A stretch of DNA of 64,000 nucleotides from the human T2T-CHM13v2.0 reference genome, Homo sapiens, in the NCBI RefSeq assembly GCF_009914755.1, contig NC_060938.1; one strand, written 5' to 3'. Below, in pieces: positions 1-13,819 of this stretch (its first letter is position 1; every line of letters begins with the position of its first letter). The notes under the pieces were generated by a model that had not been told where the DNA came from, ran no database searches, and saw only the letters and a list, made by a program, of their open reading frames with translations. Made by a program: the position numbers and the translations under genes.

Positions 1-325
1 CCTGTGGTCCTAGATTTCTAATATGTCTGTTGTTATACTAATAAGATCTTAAGACTGAAGAGCATTTTATAGTATTCAGTGAACTTGCATGTAAATATGC
101 ACTGTGGATATTATTAATTCCCTTCTTTTTTTTACAGATATGATCACTAAGCACAGGTGGACAGTGGAAATCAGAGTGAGAGTATATGGCTGTAGATTCT
201 ATAATTCTTTTTCCATTGTACCACCAGTAAGGAATTTGATACAGAAAATAATGTTAGATACTGAACAAATAATTTTTTCTTCGGTAGGAGGTCCTATATT
301 GCTGTTGTGTATCCTTAGTTTCTTT

Positions 326-622
326 CTTTCTTTTTTTTTTTAAATGGGGTGTCACTCTGTCACCCAGTGTGGAGTGAAGTGGCATGATCTCAGCTCACTG
401 CAACCTCCCCATCTCACGTTCAAGTGGTTCTCCCGCCTCAGCCTCCTGAGTGGCTGGGATTACAGGTGCCTGGCACCACACCAGGCTAGTTGTTGTATTT
501 TTAGTAGAGATGGGATTTCACCATTTTGACCATGCTGGTATCAAACTCCTGACCTCAGGTGATGCACCTGCCTCAGCCTCCCAAAGTACTGGAATTATAG
601 GTGTGGGCCACCTCACCTGGCC
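326..622 (-). mobile_element. Alu (AluS/J-age), full length
   Basis: T-rich tail followed by the dimeric Alu reverse complement ending ...cctggcc; ttagtttcttt occurs on both sides (probable TSD). Confidence 0.93.
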
Positions 623-999
623 TTATTTAGTTTCTTTAATGAAGATTATTGATATGATATGGCTGTGTAAAATAGTCTTTTTATTTCTGTATTATTGATT
701 TTCATTTTAGAAATTAGATCCATAAATGTAATTACTTCTGATGCATGGCCTTTTATCCTTGAAATGGTAAATAACACATACTTTTTCATTGCTGTTACCC
801 ATTCTAGCAAAGTTTCACTGTTTTATCAAAGGTATTCAAGTTATTTTCCATGTTCTGCATAGTAGTAACATGTACTTTTCCACTAGGAGCATTTGAGTTG
901 AGAATGAGAACTAATGGGGAATAATTGTAGCCTCCTGTTACTATGTTTCATGGCACAACCAAGAGACTTTTTTCCTTGCCTTTATACAGAAGATAGGCA

Positions 1000-1160
1000 G
1001 AATAGCAGTGAGATAGGTGTTGGGTTTTAATGTTTGAGAGCTTCAAATTCTGGCTCTGTGAGTTATGCTTTTGGGACTTGGGCAAATAACCTTATTCATG
1101 TTTGGAATAACCTTACAGTGTATTGTTTGTGAGAATAAGATAATATAATGAAATGCTCAA
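1000..1160 (+). mobile_element. MIR fragment (degenerate)
   Basis: ttcaaattctggctctg...ttgggcaaataacctt...gtgagaataa resembles the MIR core. Confidence 0.5.
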
Positions 1161-2010
1161 TCTTTGAGCAGCCTTCTTAGATGTTGTCAAATGCAAAGAT
1201 GAGTTCCTCCATGGATAACATGGTAGATTAACTTAAAAACAAGCAAATAAAAAGAAACCAAGAACAGCAACAAAGTAAAAAGAAAGAGAGTGATTAGGTG
1301 ACTGGCTCCAAATATAAGATAAACATTTCTTAAATCTGGATGTAGAATCTGCCAAAATGTTAAGTTGTCAAAAAACAAAGGGAAAATGATCTGTTTTAAG
1401 CCATAAATAGGCTAATCAGAAATAATGACATGGTCTGGTAAGAAATATTAATGACTTTTAAAGTCATTAAAGGATTACTTAAAGGATAATTGCATTTTCC
1501 AGATAACAGGGAACCTAAAACTAACTTTATTCTTTTTTGGGTTCATACTTTATGGGAATTTCTATTAAGCAGATTATCATCTAGTGAATACATGAAAAGA
1601 CAAACATTGGTCTGGTCATCAAGTAGAATTACTGGGAGCAGTAAACAAGAATGTAAAGTAAGTCAAAGCCTTGGATGAACTCATCCAAGTTAAGAAACAA
1701 TCTGGTGAGATCTTGATTAAAATTCTGCTGTTAAAGAAGCTGCTTAAGTACTTATGAATTTGTACTTCTTTGTACTACCATGGTGATTAATGTCAATGCA
1801 TTTTTCTCGGCAAGGATACACAGGCATATCTGGTTTTCTTTTGCTTTTCTTTATTGTGCTCTGCAGATACTGCGTTTTTAAACAAATTGAAGGTTTCTGG
1901 CAACCCTGTATGGGGCAAGTTTATCAGCACCATTTTTCCAACAGCATATTCTCACTTTGTGTCTCTGTGTCACACTTTGGTAATTCTCACAATATTTCCA
2001 ACTTTTAAAT

Positions 2011-5000
2011 TATTATTATTAATATTTTTATTTTACTTTAAGTTCCGGCATACATTTACAGAACAATTGCAGGTTTGTTACGTAGGTACACATGTGCCGT
2101 GGTGGTTTGCTGCACCTATCAACCAATCATCTAGGTTTTAAGCTCTGCATGCATTAGGTATATGTCTTAATGCTCTCCTTCCCCTTGCCTGCCACCCACC
2201 AACAGGCCCTGGTGTGTGATGTTCCCCTCCCTGTGTCCATGTGTTTTCACTGTTCCGCTCCCACTTATGAGTGAGAACATGCGGTGATTGGTTTTCTGAT
2301 CCTGTGTTAGTTTGCTGAGAATGATGGCTTTCAGCTTCATCCATGTCCCTGCAAAGGACATGAACTCTTTCTTTTTTATGGCTGCGTAGTATTCCATGGT
2401 GTATATGTGCCACATTTTCTTTATCCAGTCTATCATTAGTGCGCATTTGGGTTGGTTCCAAGTCTTTGCTGTTGTGAATAGTGCTGCAATAAACATACGT
2501 GTGCATGTGTCTTTATAGTAGAAGGATTTATAATCCTTTGGGATTGCTGGGTCAAATGGTATTTCTGGTTCTAGTTTCTTGAGGAATTGCCACACTGTCT
2601 TCCACAATGGTTAAGCTAATTTACACTCCTACCAACAGTGTAAAAGTGTTCCTATTTCTCCACATCCTCTGCAGCATCTATTGTTTCCTGACTTTTTAAT
2701 GATTGCCATTCTCACTGGTGTGAGATGGTATCTCATTGTGGTTTTGATTTGCATTTCTCTAATGACCAGTGATAATGAGCCTTTTTTAATGTTTGTTGGC
2801 TGCATAAATGTCTTGTTTTGAGAAGTGTCTTTCATATCCTTTGCCCACTTTTTGATGGGGTTTTTTTTGTTGTTGTTGCTGTTTTTTTCTTGTAAATTTG
2901 TTTAAGTTCCTTATAGATTCTGGATATTAGACCTTTGTCAGATGGGTAGATTACAGAAATTTTCTCCCATTCTGTAGGTTACCTGTTCATTCTGATGATA
3001 GTTTCTTTTGCCATGCAGAAGCTCTTTAGCTTGGTTAGATCCCATTTGTCAGTTTTGGCTTTTGTTGCCATTGCTTTTGGTGTTTTAGTCATAAAGTCTT
3101 TGCCTATGCCTATATGATGAATGGTATTACCTAGGTTTTCTTCTAGGGTTTTTATGGTTTTGGGTTTTACCTTTAAGTGTTTAATCCATCTTGAGTTAAT
3201 TTTTGTATAAGGTGTAAGGAAGGGGTCCAGTTTCAGTTTTCTGCATATGGCTAGCCAGTTTTCCCAACACCATTTATTAAATAGGGAATCCTTTCCCCAT
3301 TTCTTGTTTTTGTCAGGTTTGTCAAAGATCAGATGGTTGTAGATGTGTGGTGCTACTTCTGAGGTCTCTGTTGTGTTCCATTGGTCTATATATCTGTTTT
3401 GTTAACAGTATCATGCTGTTTTGGTTACTGTAGCCTTGTAGTATAGTTTGAAGTCAGGTAGCATGATGGCCCCAGCTTTGTTCTTTTTGCTTAGGATTGT
3501 CTTGGCTATACAGGCTCTTTTTTGGTTCCATATGAAATTTAAGTAGTGTTTTCTAACTCTGGGAAGAAAGTCACTGGTAGCTCGATGGGAATAGCATTGA
3601 CTCTATGAATTTCTTTGGGCAATATGGCCTTTTTCATGATATTGACTCTTCCTATCCATGAGCATGGAATTTCTTTCCATTTGTTTGTGTCCTCTCTTAT
3701 TTCCTTGAGCAGTGATTTGTAGTTCTCTTTGAAGAGGTCCTTCACGTCCCCCTTAAGTTATATTCCTAGGTATTTTATTCTATTTGTAGCAATTGTGAAT
3801 GGGAGTTCACTCATGATTTGGTTCTCTGCTTGTCTATTGTTGCTGTGTAGGAATACTTGTGATTTTTGCTCATTGATTTTGTATCCTGAGACTTTGCTGA
3901 AGTTGCTTATCAGCTTAAGGAGTTTTTGGGGTGAGATGATGGGATTTTTTAAATATACAATCATGTCATCTGCAAACAGAGACAATTTGACTTCCTCTCT
4001 TCCTATTCAAATACTCTTTATTTCTTTCTCTTGCCTGATTGTCCTGGCCAGAACTACCAGTACTATGTTGAATAGGAGTGGTGAGAGAGGGCATCCTTGT
4101 CTTATGCCAGTTTTCAAAGGGAATGCTTCCAGCTTTTGCCCATTCAGTATGATATTGGCTATGGGTTTGTCATAAATAGCTCTTGTTATTTTGAGATACA
4201 TTCCACCAATACCTAGTTTATTGAAAGTTTTTAGCATGAAGGGGTATTGAATTTTGTTGAAGGCCTTTTCTGCATCTATTGAGAAAATCATGTGTTTTTT
4301 GTCATTGGTTCTGTTTATGTGATTGATTACATTTTTTGATTTGTGTATGTTGAACCAGCCTTGCATCCCAGGGATGAAGCCAACTTGATCATGGTGGATA
4401 AGCTTTTGGATGTGCTTTTGAATCTGTATATTCCTGGGCTTTTTTCACATAGTCCCATGTGTCTTTGAGGCTTTGTTTGTTTCTTTTCATTCTTTTTTTC
4501 TAATCTTGTCTTCATGCCTCATTTCAGTAAGTTGATCCTCAATCTCTGATACCGTTTCTTCCACTTTACAGATTCAGCTATTGATACTTGTGTATGCTTC
4601 ACGAAGTTCTCGTGCTGTGTTTTTCAGCTCCATCATGTCATTTATATTCCTCTCTAAACTGGGTATTCTAGTTAGCAGTTCTTGTAACTTTTTGTCAAGG
4701 TTTTTAACTTTCTTGCATTGAGTTAGAACGTGCTCCTTTAGCTCAGAGGAGTTTGTTATTTCCCAGCTTCTGAAGCCTACTTCTGTCAGTTCATCAATCT
4801 CATTCTCCATCCAGTTTTGTGCCCTTGCTTGAGAGGAGTTGTAATCATTTGGAGAAGAAGAGGCATTCTGGTTTTTGGAATTTTCAGCATTTTTACGCAG
4901 GTTTTTCCTCATCGTCGTGGATTTATCTACCTTTGATCTTTGAAGCTGATGACCTTTGGATGGGGTTTTTGTGTGTGGGTCCTTTATGTTGATGTTGATG

Positions 5001-6254
5001 TTGTTGCTTTCTATTTGTTAGTGCTTCTAACAGTCAGTCCCTTCTTCGGCAGGTCTGCTGCAGTTTGCTGGAGGTCCACTCCAGACCCTGTTCACTTGGG
5101 TATCACCAGTGAAGCCCGCAGAATAGCAAAGATTGCTGCCTGCTCCTTCCTCTGGAAGCTTTGTCCCAGAGGGGCACCGACCTGATGCCAGCCTGAGCTC
5201 TCCTGTATGACGTGTCTGTTGACCTCTGTTGGGAGGTGTCTCCCAGTCAGGAGGCACGGGGGTCAGGGACCCACTTGAGCAGGCAGTCTGTCCCTTAGCA
5301 GAGCTGGTGCACTGTGCTGGGAGAATTCCTCTTGTCAGGATCAGCTGCCCTCTTCAGAGCTGGCAGGCAGGAACAATTCAATCTGATGAAGCTGGGCCCA
5401 TGGTCACCCCTTCCATCAGGTGCTCTGTCCCAGAGAGACGGGGGTTTTGTCTGTAAGCCCCTGACTGGGCTGTTACCTTTCTTTCATATATGCCCTGCTC
5501 AGTGAAGAGGAATGTAGAGAAGCAGTCTGGCCACAGCTGTTTTGCTGTGCTGTGGTGAATTCTGCGCAGTTCAGACCTCCCAGTCTCCTTAACACTGTCA
5601 GGGAAAACCACCTACTAAAGCCACAGTAATGGCAGATACCTCTCCCCGCACCAAGCTCGACTGACCTAGGTTGACTTCACACTGCTGTGCTGGCAGCGAG
5701 AATTTCAAGCCAGTGGTTCTTAGCTTCCTAGGCTCTGTGGGAGTGGGACTTGCTGAATGAGACCACTTGGCTCTCTGGCTTCAGCCCCCTTTCCAGGGGA
5801 GTGAATGGTTCTGTCTTGGTGGGGTTCCAGGTGCCACTGGGTTATAAAAAAAACCTCCTGCAGCTAGGTTGGTGTCTGTCTGCTCAAACAGCTGCCCCAT
5901 TTTGTGTCTGAAACCCAGGGCCCTGGTGGTGTAGGCACATGAAGGAATCTCCTGATTTGCACATTGCAAAAACCGTGGGAAAAGTGTAGTATCTGGGCTG
6001 GATAGCACAGTCTCTCACAGCTTCCCTTGGCTGCGGGAGGGAGGTCCCCCAGCTCCTTGCACTTCCTGGGTGGAGCGATGCCCCACCCTTGCTTCTGTTC
6101 ACCCTCCATGGGTTGGACCCACTGCCTAACCAGTCCCAGTGAGATGAACTGGGTACCTCAGTTGGAAATGCAGAAATTACCTTCCTTCTGCGTTGGTCTC
6201 ACTGAGAGATGCAGACTGTAGCTGTTCCTGTTCAGCCATCTTGGCCCCTCCCCC
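2011..6254 (-). mobile_element. L1PA8-like LINE-1 retaining 5'UTR and 3'UTR but with a ~2.3-kb internal deletion
   Basis: 5' end (minus) ggggagggGCCAAGATGGC at ~6254-6236. ORF1 N-terminus MRKNLRKNAENSKNQ (4574-4912). ORF2 RT and C-terminal fragments at 2167-4366. Imperfect TSD caactttt..attatt at 1999 and 6255. Confidence 0.93.
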
Positions 6255-7168
6255 CAACTTTTTTATTATTATCATATCTGTTGTGCTGAAATATGATCAA
6301 TGATCTTTGATGTTACCATTGTAATTGTTTTAGGCTGCCAGGAACCACACCCATATAAGATAGGAAACTTAATCGATAAATGTTGCGTGTGTTCTACTCC
6401 ACCAATTGCCCCATCTCTCATCTCTCTCCTTCTCCTCAGGCCTCCCTATTCCTTTAGACACAACAATATTTAAAATAGGCCAATTAACAACCCTACAGTG
6501 TCCTCTAAGTGTTCAAGTGAAGAGAACAGTCACATATGTCTGACTTTAAATCAAAAGCTAGAAACGATTAAGCTTCCTAAGGAAGGCTTGTGGAAAGCCA
6601 AGATAGCCAAAAGCTAGTCTTCTTGTGCTGAACACTGAGACAAATTGTGAATGCAAAGGAAAAGTTAAAAGTGCTACTCCAAAAGAAACGTTCTTGAAGG
6701 AAATTAAAAGTGCTGCTCTAGTGAACACATGAATGATAAGAAAATGAAACATGCTCATTGTTCATATGGAGAAAGTTTCAGTGGTCTGGGTAAAAGAGCA
6801 AACCAGTCATACCATATTCCCTTAAGTCAAAGTCTAATCCAGGTTGTAATCCCTAACTCTCTTCAGTCCTATGAAGACTGAGAGAGGTGAGAAAGCTGCA
6901 GGAGAAAAGTCTGAAGCTAGCAGAAGTTAATTCATGGAATTTAAGGAAAGATGCCATTTCTATAACATAAAAGTTGCTACCCGGAACAACATATTTTTCA
7001 GTGTAGATTAAACATCCTTCTACTGAAAGATGATGCCATCTAGGATTTTTGTAGCTAAAGAGGAGAAGTCAATGCCCGGTTTCAAAGTTTCAAAAGGCAA
7101 GGCTGCTGACTCTCTTTTTAGAGGCTAATGCAGCTGGTGACTTTAAGTTGAAGCCAGTGCTCATTCGC

Positions 7169-7463
<295 letters not shown>

Positions 7464-8060
7464 TCATTTGCCATTTTGAAAATCCTAGGGTCTTTAAGAA
7501 TTTTGCTAAATTTACTCCACCTGTGCTCTAAAATGGGCGCAACCAAGTCTAGGTGACAGCGTATCTGCTTACAGCATGGCTTGCTGAATATTTGAAGCCC
7601 AGTGTTGAGACCTACTCTTCAGAAAAGATTTCTTTCAAAATATTACTGTTCATTGACAATGCATCTGATCACTCAAGAGCTCTGACAGATGTACGAGGAG
7701 ATGAGGGTTGTTTTCAAAATGTCAACATTACTAGTTGATATTTTGGAAGTTTCGGAAGAAGTTAATTCCAACCCCCATGGAAGGACTTTGAGCAGTTCAA
7801 GACTTAAGCGGAAGAGGTAACTGCAGATGTGGTAGAAACAATAAGAGAACTAGAATTAGCAGTAGAGCCTGATGGTGTAACTGAATTGCTGCAATCTCAT
7901 GATAAAACTTGAATGGATGAGGAGTTGCTTCCTAGGGATGAGCAAAGAAAGTGGTTTCTTGAGATAGAATCTACTCATGGTAAAGATGCTTTGATTATTT
8001 TTAAAATTACAACAAAGGGTTTAGAATATTATATAAACTTAGTTGATAAAGCAGTGGCAG

Positions 8061-9021
8061 TTTTTTTTTATTATTATACTTTAAGTTCTGCGGTACATTT
8101 GTACAATGTGCAGGTTTGTTACATAGGTATACATGTGCCATGTTGGTTTGCTGTCCCCATCAACTTGTCATTTACATTAGTTATTTCTCCTAATGCTATC
8201 CCTCCCCCAGCCCCCCATCCCCTGACAGGCCCCGGTGTGTGATGTTCCCCTCCCTGTGTCCATGTGTTCGCATTGTTCAACTCTCACTTATGAGTGAGAA
8301 ACATGCGGTGTTTGGTTTTCTGTCCTTGTGATAGTTTGCTGAGAATGATGGTTTCCAGCTTCATCTACATCCCTGCAAAGGATATGAACTCATCATTTTT
8401 TATGGCTGCATAGTATTCCATGGTGTATATGTGCCACATTTTCTTTATCTAGTCTATTATTGATGGATGTTTGGGTTGGTTCCAAGTCTTTGCTATTGTG
8501 AATAGTGCCTCAGTAAACATACGTGTGCATGTGTCTTTATAGCAGCATGATTTATAATCCTTTTGGTATATACCCAGTAATGGGATTGTTGGGTCAAATG
8601 GTATTTCTAGTTCTAGATCCTAAAGGAATCACCACTCTGTCTTCCACAATGGTTAAACTAGTTTACACTCCTACCAACAGTGTAAAAGCATTCCTATTTC
8701 TCCACATCTTCTCCAGCATCTGTTGTTTCCTGACTTTTTAATGATTGCCATTCTCACTGGCATGAGATGGTATCTCATTGTGGTTTTGATTTGCATTTCT
8801 CTAATGACCAGTGATGATGAGCTTTTTTTCATGTGTTTGTTGGCTGCATAAATGTCTTGTTTTGAGAAGTGTCTGTTCTTATCCTTTGCCCACTTTTTGA
8901 TGGGGTTTTTTTTTTTTTTATAAATTTGTTTAAGTTCTTTGTAGATTCTGGATATTAGCCCTTTGTCAGATGGATAGATTGCATAACTTTTCTCCCATTC
9001 TGTAGGTTGCCTGTTCACTCT
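8061..9021 (-). mobile_element. 5'-truncated L1PA7-like LINE-1, inserted in Tigger1
   Basis: 3'UTR plus ORF2 C-terminal fragment (8671-9018). TSD gcagtggcagttttt (8051) / gcagtggtagtattt (9022). Confidence 0.92.
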
Positions 9022-10734
9022 GCAGTGGTAGTATTTGAGAGAATTGACTCCAATTTTGAAAGAAGTTCTGTGCGTTAAATGCTTTCAAACAGCATCATGT
9101 GCTACAGAGAACTCTTTCATGAAAGGAAGAGTAAATCAATGTGGCAGACTTCATTGTTGTGCCATTTTAAGAAACTGCCACAGCTAGTCCAATCTTTAGC
9201 AACCACCACCCTGATCAGTCAGCAGCCATCAACATCCAGACAAGACCTTCCACCAGCAAAAAGATGCAATTTGCTGAAGGTTCAAATGGTTAACATTTTT
9301 TAGTAATAATGTATTTTACATTAAGATATGTGCACTGTGTTTTAGACATAATGCTATTGCACACTTACTAGACTATAGTAGAGTATAAACATAGCTTTTA
9401 CATGCATTAGGAAATAAAAAATGTGTGTGACTCACTTTATGGCAAGGGTCTACAACCGAACCTGCAATATCTCCGAAGTATGCCCATATCTGCCTTTCGT
9501 AAGAATTGTGTATACTAGAAAGTCTTAAGGGACAAGGAATCTGTAGAGAAGTAAAGTTCTGGTTAAGCTTTTGTGAGATTATTACTGTGTTTGTGTGCAT
9601 TAATAGATACATTGAATTTTGTCCTTGTCACATATATTTCATCTGTCATTCATGTAAGGTGTATACTTCAGTGGATTTATTTGGAGACCCAGGCATATCT
9701 CTTGCCTATTTTGGTGCTTTGGACTATCTTGGTAGGTCATGAGATGTCTAGCCATAGGTAAGGATATTGGCATGGGGATTTAAAAATTCAGTGGTTGGTA
9801 GGATTGGAGATGATCTTTAATATTATGTCTACTTCTGAGATTCCATGAATTTCATTATTTATAGACATTCACATTACCCAGGTTTTCTGTGCCTTTCCAA
9901 GTCCTCATGGAATTCCTCATGCTACTCTAATTTGAGTCATTGTGAAAGATGTTAGTGACTTTTGAGAATCAGATTTTTACATTGGGAAATATGAAGATGA
10001 AAAAAATTGGCCCAGATAATCTCTGTTGACACTTACTAAAAATTTAAAAACATTAATCAAGACAAAAAATGAGAAGTGAATGGTTCTTAACTCATTTCTT
10101 TAAACGCACTACTGTTTTTTATTTTGTTCAAGAAAAAAAGTTTCACAATTTTTTTTAAGCAATAGTATAATCAGAACCAGAGGTCTGCTGAGTAAAATCA
10201 TGCAGTTCAGTCTCTTTCCTCTTGACACCTTACTGATACCAGGAAGTTTTGATTGTGTTATATGTAGGTTGGTGACTTAAGATCAGGCATCACTCTTAAA
10301 ACTCATAGTAGGTTTGAGTGGAGTGTTTTCAATTAAGAGCTTATTGATACTATGTTATGGGAATATATAACGCCTGGGAAAGTTACTAAGTGCTGGGTAA
10401 GAATGCAAAAGACAAAATGCGAAAAAGCTATAATTTAAGAAATTTTAAATTTTTGCCCAAGGCTAGGCTTAACTTTAAGAAAGATCAAGTTTTCTCTCCT
10501 GAATTGTTCCCAGGGCCTGAGACTAAATTTATGATAATTAATGTGTTTTGTATATTGTCAGTCTTAAACTGTAACATCATTTGTAACATTGTTTCTGCAG
10601 GAAGATGCCTTGAGTTCTAACTTTCAGGCTTTTGGAAGTTAGTGATTTTATCTTGTAATATTAAACAACAGTCTGTAGAGATGTGCAAAATATTCCCTCT
10701 CTTCCTGCTTCTCTTCCTGTTGATGATGATGATG

Positions 10735-11225
10735 AAGTAATAATAGTGGGTAGCATTTTGTAGACAGTTCTTTTATATCCTTTAAATTTATTTATTTAAT
10801 TCTTTACAAGTAAAACTGAGACTTTTTTCTTTTTCTTTTCTTTTTTTTTTTTTTTTTGAGACAGAGTCTTACTCTGTCGCCTAGGCTGGAGTGCAGTGGC
10901 GCGATCTCTGCTCACTGCAAGCTCCCCATCCCAGGTTCACGCCATTCTCTTGTCTCAGCCTTCTGAGTAGCTGGGACTACAGGCACCCACCACCACACCT
11001 GGCTAATTTTTTGTGTTTTTTAGTAGAGACGGGGTTTGACCTTGTTAGCCAGGATGGTCTCCATCTCCTGACCTCGTGATCCGCCCGCCTCAGCCTCCAA
11101 AGTGCTGGGATTACAGGCGTGAGCCACCATGCCCAGCTGAGACTTTTTTTTAAAGTTATTTTTGCTCAAGGTAGAGCTAGGATTTGACTGTTCAGAACTC
11201 TAAAGCCCCATGCTTTTAACATTGT
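10735..11225 (-). mobile_element. MIR fragment split by the AluY
   Basis: aaaactgagact ... gctcaaggt..agagctaggatttga..ctctaaagcccatgcttttaac. Confidence 0.55.
10829..11137 (-). mobile_element. AluY-like
   Basis: gcaagctcc, cacgccattctc and ttagccaggatggtctc diagnostics. TSD tgagactttttt at 10817 and 11138. Confidence 0.93.
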
Positions 11226-13548
11226 GTTGGTCTAAGGGCACATTTAATATGGGGAGTCATAGGCTGATAGTGTATATGCTTGTGTTCTTGCTGGTGAGAA
11301 GATATATAGATGGGAAAGCTGTTGTGGTATGAAGAAACAAAATAAATATAGAATAAGATTGTTCTTTAAGTTATTTGTTGGTTAACCTGTAGTTAACTCA
11401 TTACTTCACCAAGAATAGTTTTGGGTATTATGGAAATCTTGAAGCACATGTATTTCAAAATGAGTTAGAGGCCTTAGGCATTTAAAAAATACCACCAGTG
11501 CTGACATAATATGAGAACATAGTGTAGGATCTTGAGGCTTTTTTTTACATATTTAATGAATCTTTTATAGATATTATCAATTTTTATCTTGTCTCATGTA
11601 GTGCAGATTAATATTATGAATATAGTTGGTTAGTAATTTCCATGCTAATTTATATCTATTTGAAGATATAACACTTGAAAAACACTTAAAAGTAATTGCT
11701 TTTTTCCAAAAGATTGTATATTTCCAGAAAAAATGTTTTCTGTTTTAGTAATAAATGTAAAAACGTTCAAACTCATGAACATTTACATGAATTCATTGGA
11801 TATAGGGAGACTGTATTAAGGATATAAATTATTTAAAACATTTTCCTTAGAACTGGAACAATAAGGTTATGTTGTTCAAAATGTTAAAGTTTAAAGAAAG
11901 AAATTTCTTTGTTAAGGGAAGACAAAGCATATTTGGCACTATGTATGAACATGCCTGTTTTGCTCACTGTGGAGCTCCCAATGCCTAAAATCATGTCATT
12001 AGGTTTTTTTCACCATTAAAAAAAATCAGTTTAATATTGAATTATTTTTTTAAAAAAATTTGTGAAAAGGTCTACAGGCATCTTAAAAATTGTCTGTACA
12101 CTTGCTATTAATGAAAAAATTAGAAGAATTTCGAGCAAGAAAATATTCACCTGAATCAACATATTTTAGTGTCCTTAATGTTGAGCAATTAGCTGATAAG
12201 CTAGTTTGAACCTGACTTTCAGGATAGAATACTTTTGAGGTTGTATTTGTTTTTTTGCTTTCAACAAGGCAAGTCTTGATGCTAGATCAATTAGCAAATC
12301 TTGAAGAATTAACTTAAATGGTGTGGTAATTCCTGTTATTAGAGATATTTCTTAGAACTCATGAAATTCCTCCCTCCCACATGATATCAGATGTGTTGAG
12401 TTGAGAAAGTTGCTGGGCAGCAGTCTTGTATATCAGAGTCCAGTTCAAAGTTGTTAGAATGAGAAGTGTTTTTAAAATGTTATGGGAATGCCCGAATTAC
12501 AATTGAACTTTGAAATTAAAAAGAAAACACAAGACAGTATAAAAATAAAGACCTATGAGAGTGTTGTAGCAAGTTGGGCTTTTTGTAACCTACCGTTTAA
12601 AATACAGATCTTTGAAGGCAGGTTTTTACTAATTATTTTATTACTTTGCTCTTGCTAAAGACAGCAAGGCAAGTAATTATCCTCAGATCTGAAGATTAAA
12701 AGTCTTATGATTTTTAAATAAATATTAAGCAAGGAGAGTAATTTTTATAACTGTTAGCACGTATGCTTTGTGTGCTAGCTTTTTCCTAATGTAAAATAAA
12801 TCTGAATATGCCATACGATTGGTGACAAATAAAAAACTCTTTGTGCAATTAAGAGAAAATCTGTTTATTTAAGAGCTCTCAAAGGTTGTAAAAGATTATA
12901 CTTGGCTGTATGTGAAGGATAAATGTTGTGAAATAATGCCCCTTAGTTCCCCTTTTATAATAAATCTCAGCTGTGTGTTCAGCACAAGGGCTCAGTGCCA
13001 AAAAGAACAGGTTCAACTTGTCCGTGAGGATTTGCACCACAGTAAAGTGCACAACTGCTTTTGTAGAGGTCATTGTGGAGGTCAGGGCATGTACAGTTGA
13101 ATGAAAGCAACTTTAGAAACATGGTAGATCATAGAGTTACTTGAGATTCAAAAATCAATGTTAACTTAAAACATTAAAAAGATGGAAAATCATAAGAACC
13201 TTCAAATATATTTTTATCTTTATCTACATATGTTAATATGTTTTCATACAGATTAAAAATAATTTCTTTGGCATCTTGTGCTAGTATAGTTTTAAGGATC
13301 TTCAGGATATTTTATAATTGCCAAGATTTGGAAGCGTTGACTATTTTAATATTTGTTAAATTCTTTAGAGTGTTCACATAACGAAGGTAGGATATGATGG
13401 TGGTAGAACAAAGTGTGCAGGGATATGTGCATGGTGGGAGTAAAGGCAGGGGAGTGTGGATGAGTTTTAATAAAAATATGGGTGTAATCTGGAAAATGTC
13501 TCTACAAGTCATATTTATCTTGAGTTTGTGATCGAAAGATTCGAAATT

Positions 13549-13570
13549 TAACAACAACAACAACAACAAC
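13549..13570. repeat. (AAC)7 microsatellite
   Basis: Read directly from the sequence. Confidence 0.9.
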
Positions 13571-13819
13571 AAAGAAAATGCAGTCTTATACAGTATGATT
13601 CTTTTTCCTAAATATCTCAAAAATACTTTTATACATTTGTGATAAATAGAAATAAATGAGAAATAGAATGTGGAGAGGCTGTAAGATCCCAGGACTCCAG
13701 CCAGTGCATTGAGTTTCATATAAAGAATACCTGAAAAGATATAACTAAGTAGATGCATAGCTTACCTGGGGTTATATTTTATCTAGAGCTGTACTTCATG
13801 ACTCTTTTCTCGTTTCTTT

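Noticed and set aside
13312-13758. 148-aa minus-strand ORF with a poly-Leu run
   Set aside because: The Leu run is the (AAC)n microsatellite. Composition is that of AT-rich non-coding DNA, with no recognisable domain.
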